Position numbers and translations under genes: made by a program
Assembly (NCBI RefSeq): GCF_000485595.1
Contig: NW_014577086.1
Location: forward strand, 777,438 to 813,449
DNA from: Priapulus caudatus
Lineage: Eukaryota
DNA length: 36,012 nucleotides
Reading direction: 5' to 3'
The notes under the pieces: generated by a model
The model's database searches: none
What the model saw: only the letters and a program-made list of their open reading frames with translations
Told to the model about the DNA's origin: nothing
Shown here: piece after piece, positions 34,991 to 36,012 of the stretch
Layout of the letters: every line of letters begins with the position of its first letter
Numbering within the stretch: position 1 is the stretch's first letter

Positions 34991-35381
34991 TAATGCGGTA
35001 ATACGGTAATTCGGTCATACGGTAATACGGTAATTACCTCCGCGCAACGGAGTTGCAGGGAGGTAATGTAATCGCTCTCGTGTGTGTGTTCGTGTGTGTG
35101 TTCGTGTGTGTGTTAGTGTGTGTGTGTGTAGCCAACAGCGAGCCAGCTGTTATACACATTTATACATGTTACACGCGTTGGCGCGATCGATTCAGCACCA
35201 GCTCGCCTTAGGCCGTCCAGTCAGCAGCAGCTCGCCTTAGAATGTCCAGTCAGCAGCAGCCAGCAGCGAGCCAGCTGTTATACACATGTATACATGTTAC
35301 ACGCTCGCGGAGGTATGCACTCTCTTTGAGTGCCCTCTGTCTAGTTTGGAATGCGGTAATACGGTAATGCGGTATGGTAAT
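34991..35381 (+). repeat. Composite of short duplications (8-mer CGGTAATA arrays, 46-bp direct repeat, 29-bp tandem)
   Basis: 8-mer arrays about 34992-35035 and 35350-35381; 46-bp copies 35131-35176 and 35259-35304 (2 mismatches); 29-bp units 35192-35220, 35221-35249 plus partial. Confidence 0.8.
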
Positions 35382-35796
35382 GATAAAAGAACGATAAATA
35401 ATGATAAGAATGATAAGATGAAGGATGAAAAGAATGATAAAAGAATGATAACCTCCATTTTGGGTGCCAATCGTGCGACACCTACTGGCGCCAATCGTAA
35501 AAGTGACGACTTCCGCGGCTGGAAGAAGATGATGAGTCACTTACAATTAGCGCGATGTCGTGCTGCGCTTTAGTCTGAAAACCTTAATATCACGCGGCGA
35601 GCAGAAGCACATACAAGCAACTCAGTGGCAGCGCCGGTACCTCCGACGGGTTGATTATTTACACAGTGTCGCGGAGGTGACCGATCGCCCAGCAGCGCGT
35701 CCCACGGAGCCTAATGGATGTAGCTGCCGTGTCCGCGAACGCGCCGTAGGCAGAGAGGAAGAGACGAGGAAAGAGAGCGAGAAACGAATGGAGACA

Positions 35797-35835
35797 AGCA
35801 GCCAGCTAGCCAGCCCGCCAGCCAGCCAGCCAGTC

Positions 35836-35892
<57 letters not shown>

Positions 35893-35922
35893 GTCAGACA
35901 GTCAGACACGCAGAGAGAGAGA

Positions 35923-36012
<90 letters not shown>
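35797..36012 (+). repeat. (GCCA)n-(GACA)n-(GA)n-(GT)n compound microsatellite running off the window
   Basis: Direct reading. Confidence 0.97.

Overview
Repeat-rich eukaryotic genomic DNA, most likely an invertebrate animal (inference from abundant CpG, TTAGGG-type repeats, a GT donor and dense microsatellites; two N gaps). The only convincing coding sequence is a first coding exon (17601-17826, +) encoding a signal peptide and the start of a MAM domain. It is followed by an intron with no recognisable second exon in the remaining 18 kb. Most long ORFs in the supplied track are translations of repeats. The rest is non-autonomous DNA transposons: Mutator/foldback-like elements (two with telomeric-repeat cores), a PIF/Harbinger-like MITE and two long P-like foldbacks. 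The most striking pattern is seven very short CA...TG-type palindromes with 15-18 bp arms and self-templated filler, six with 7-bp target duplications of the form ATNNNAY. These match what is expected from P-superfamily (Galileo/1360-like) excision with 17-nt staggered cuts. One has a matching larger parent-type element in the same window, and two are nested. All alignments were done by eye; no database searches were run.
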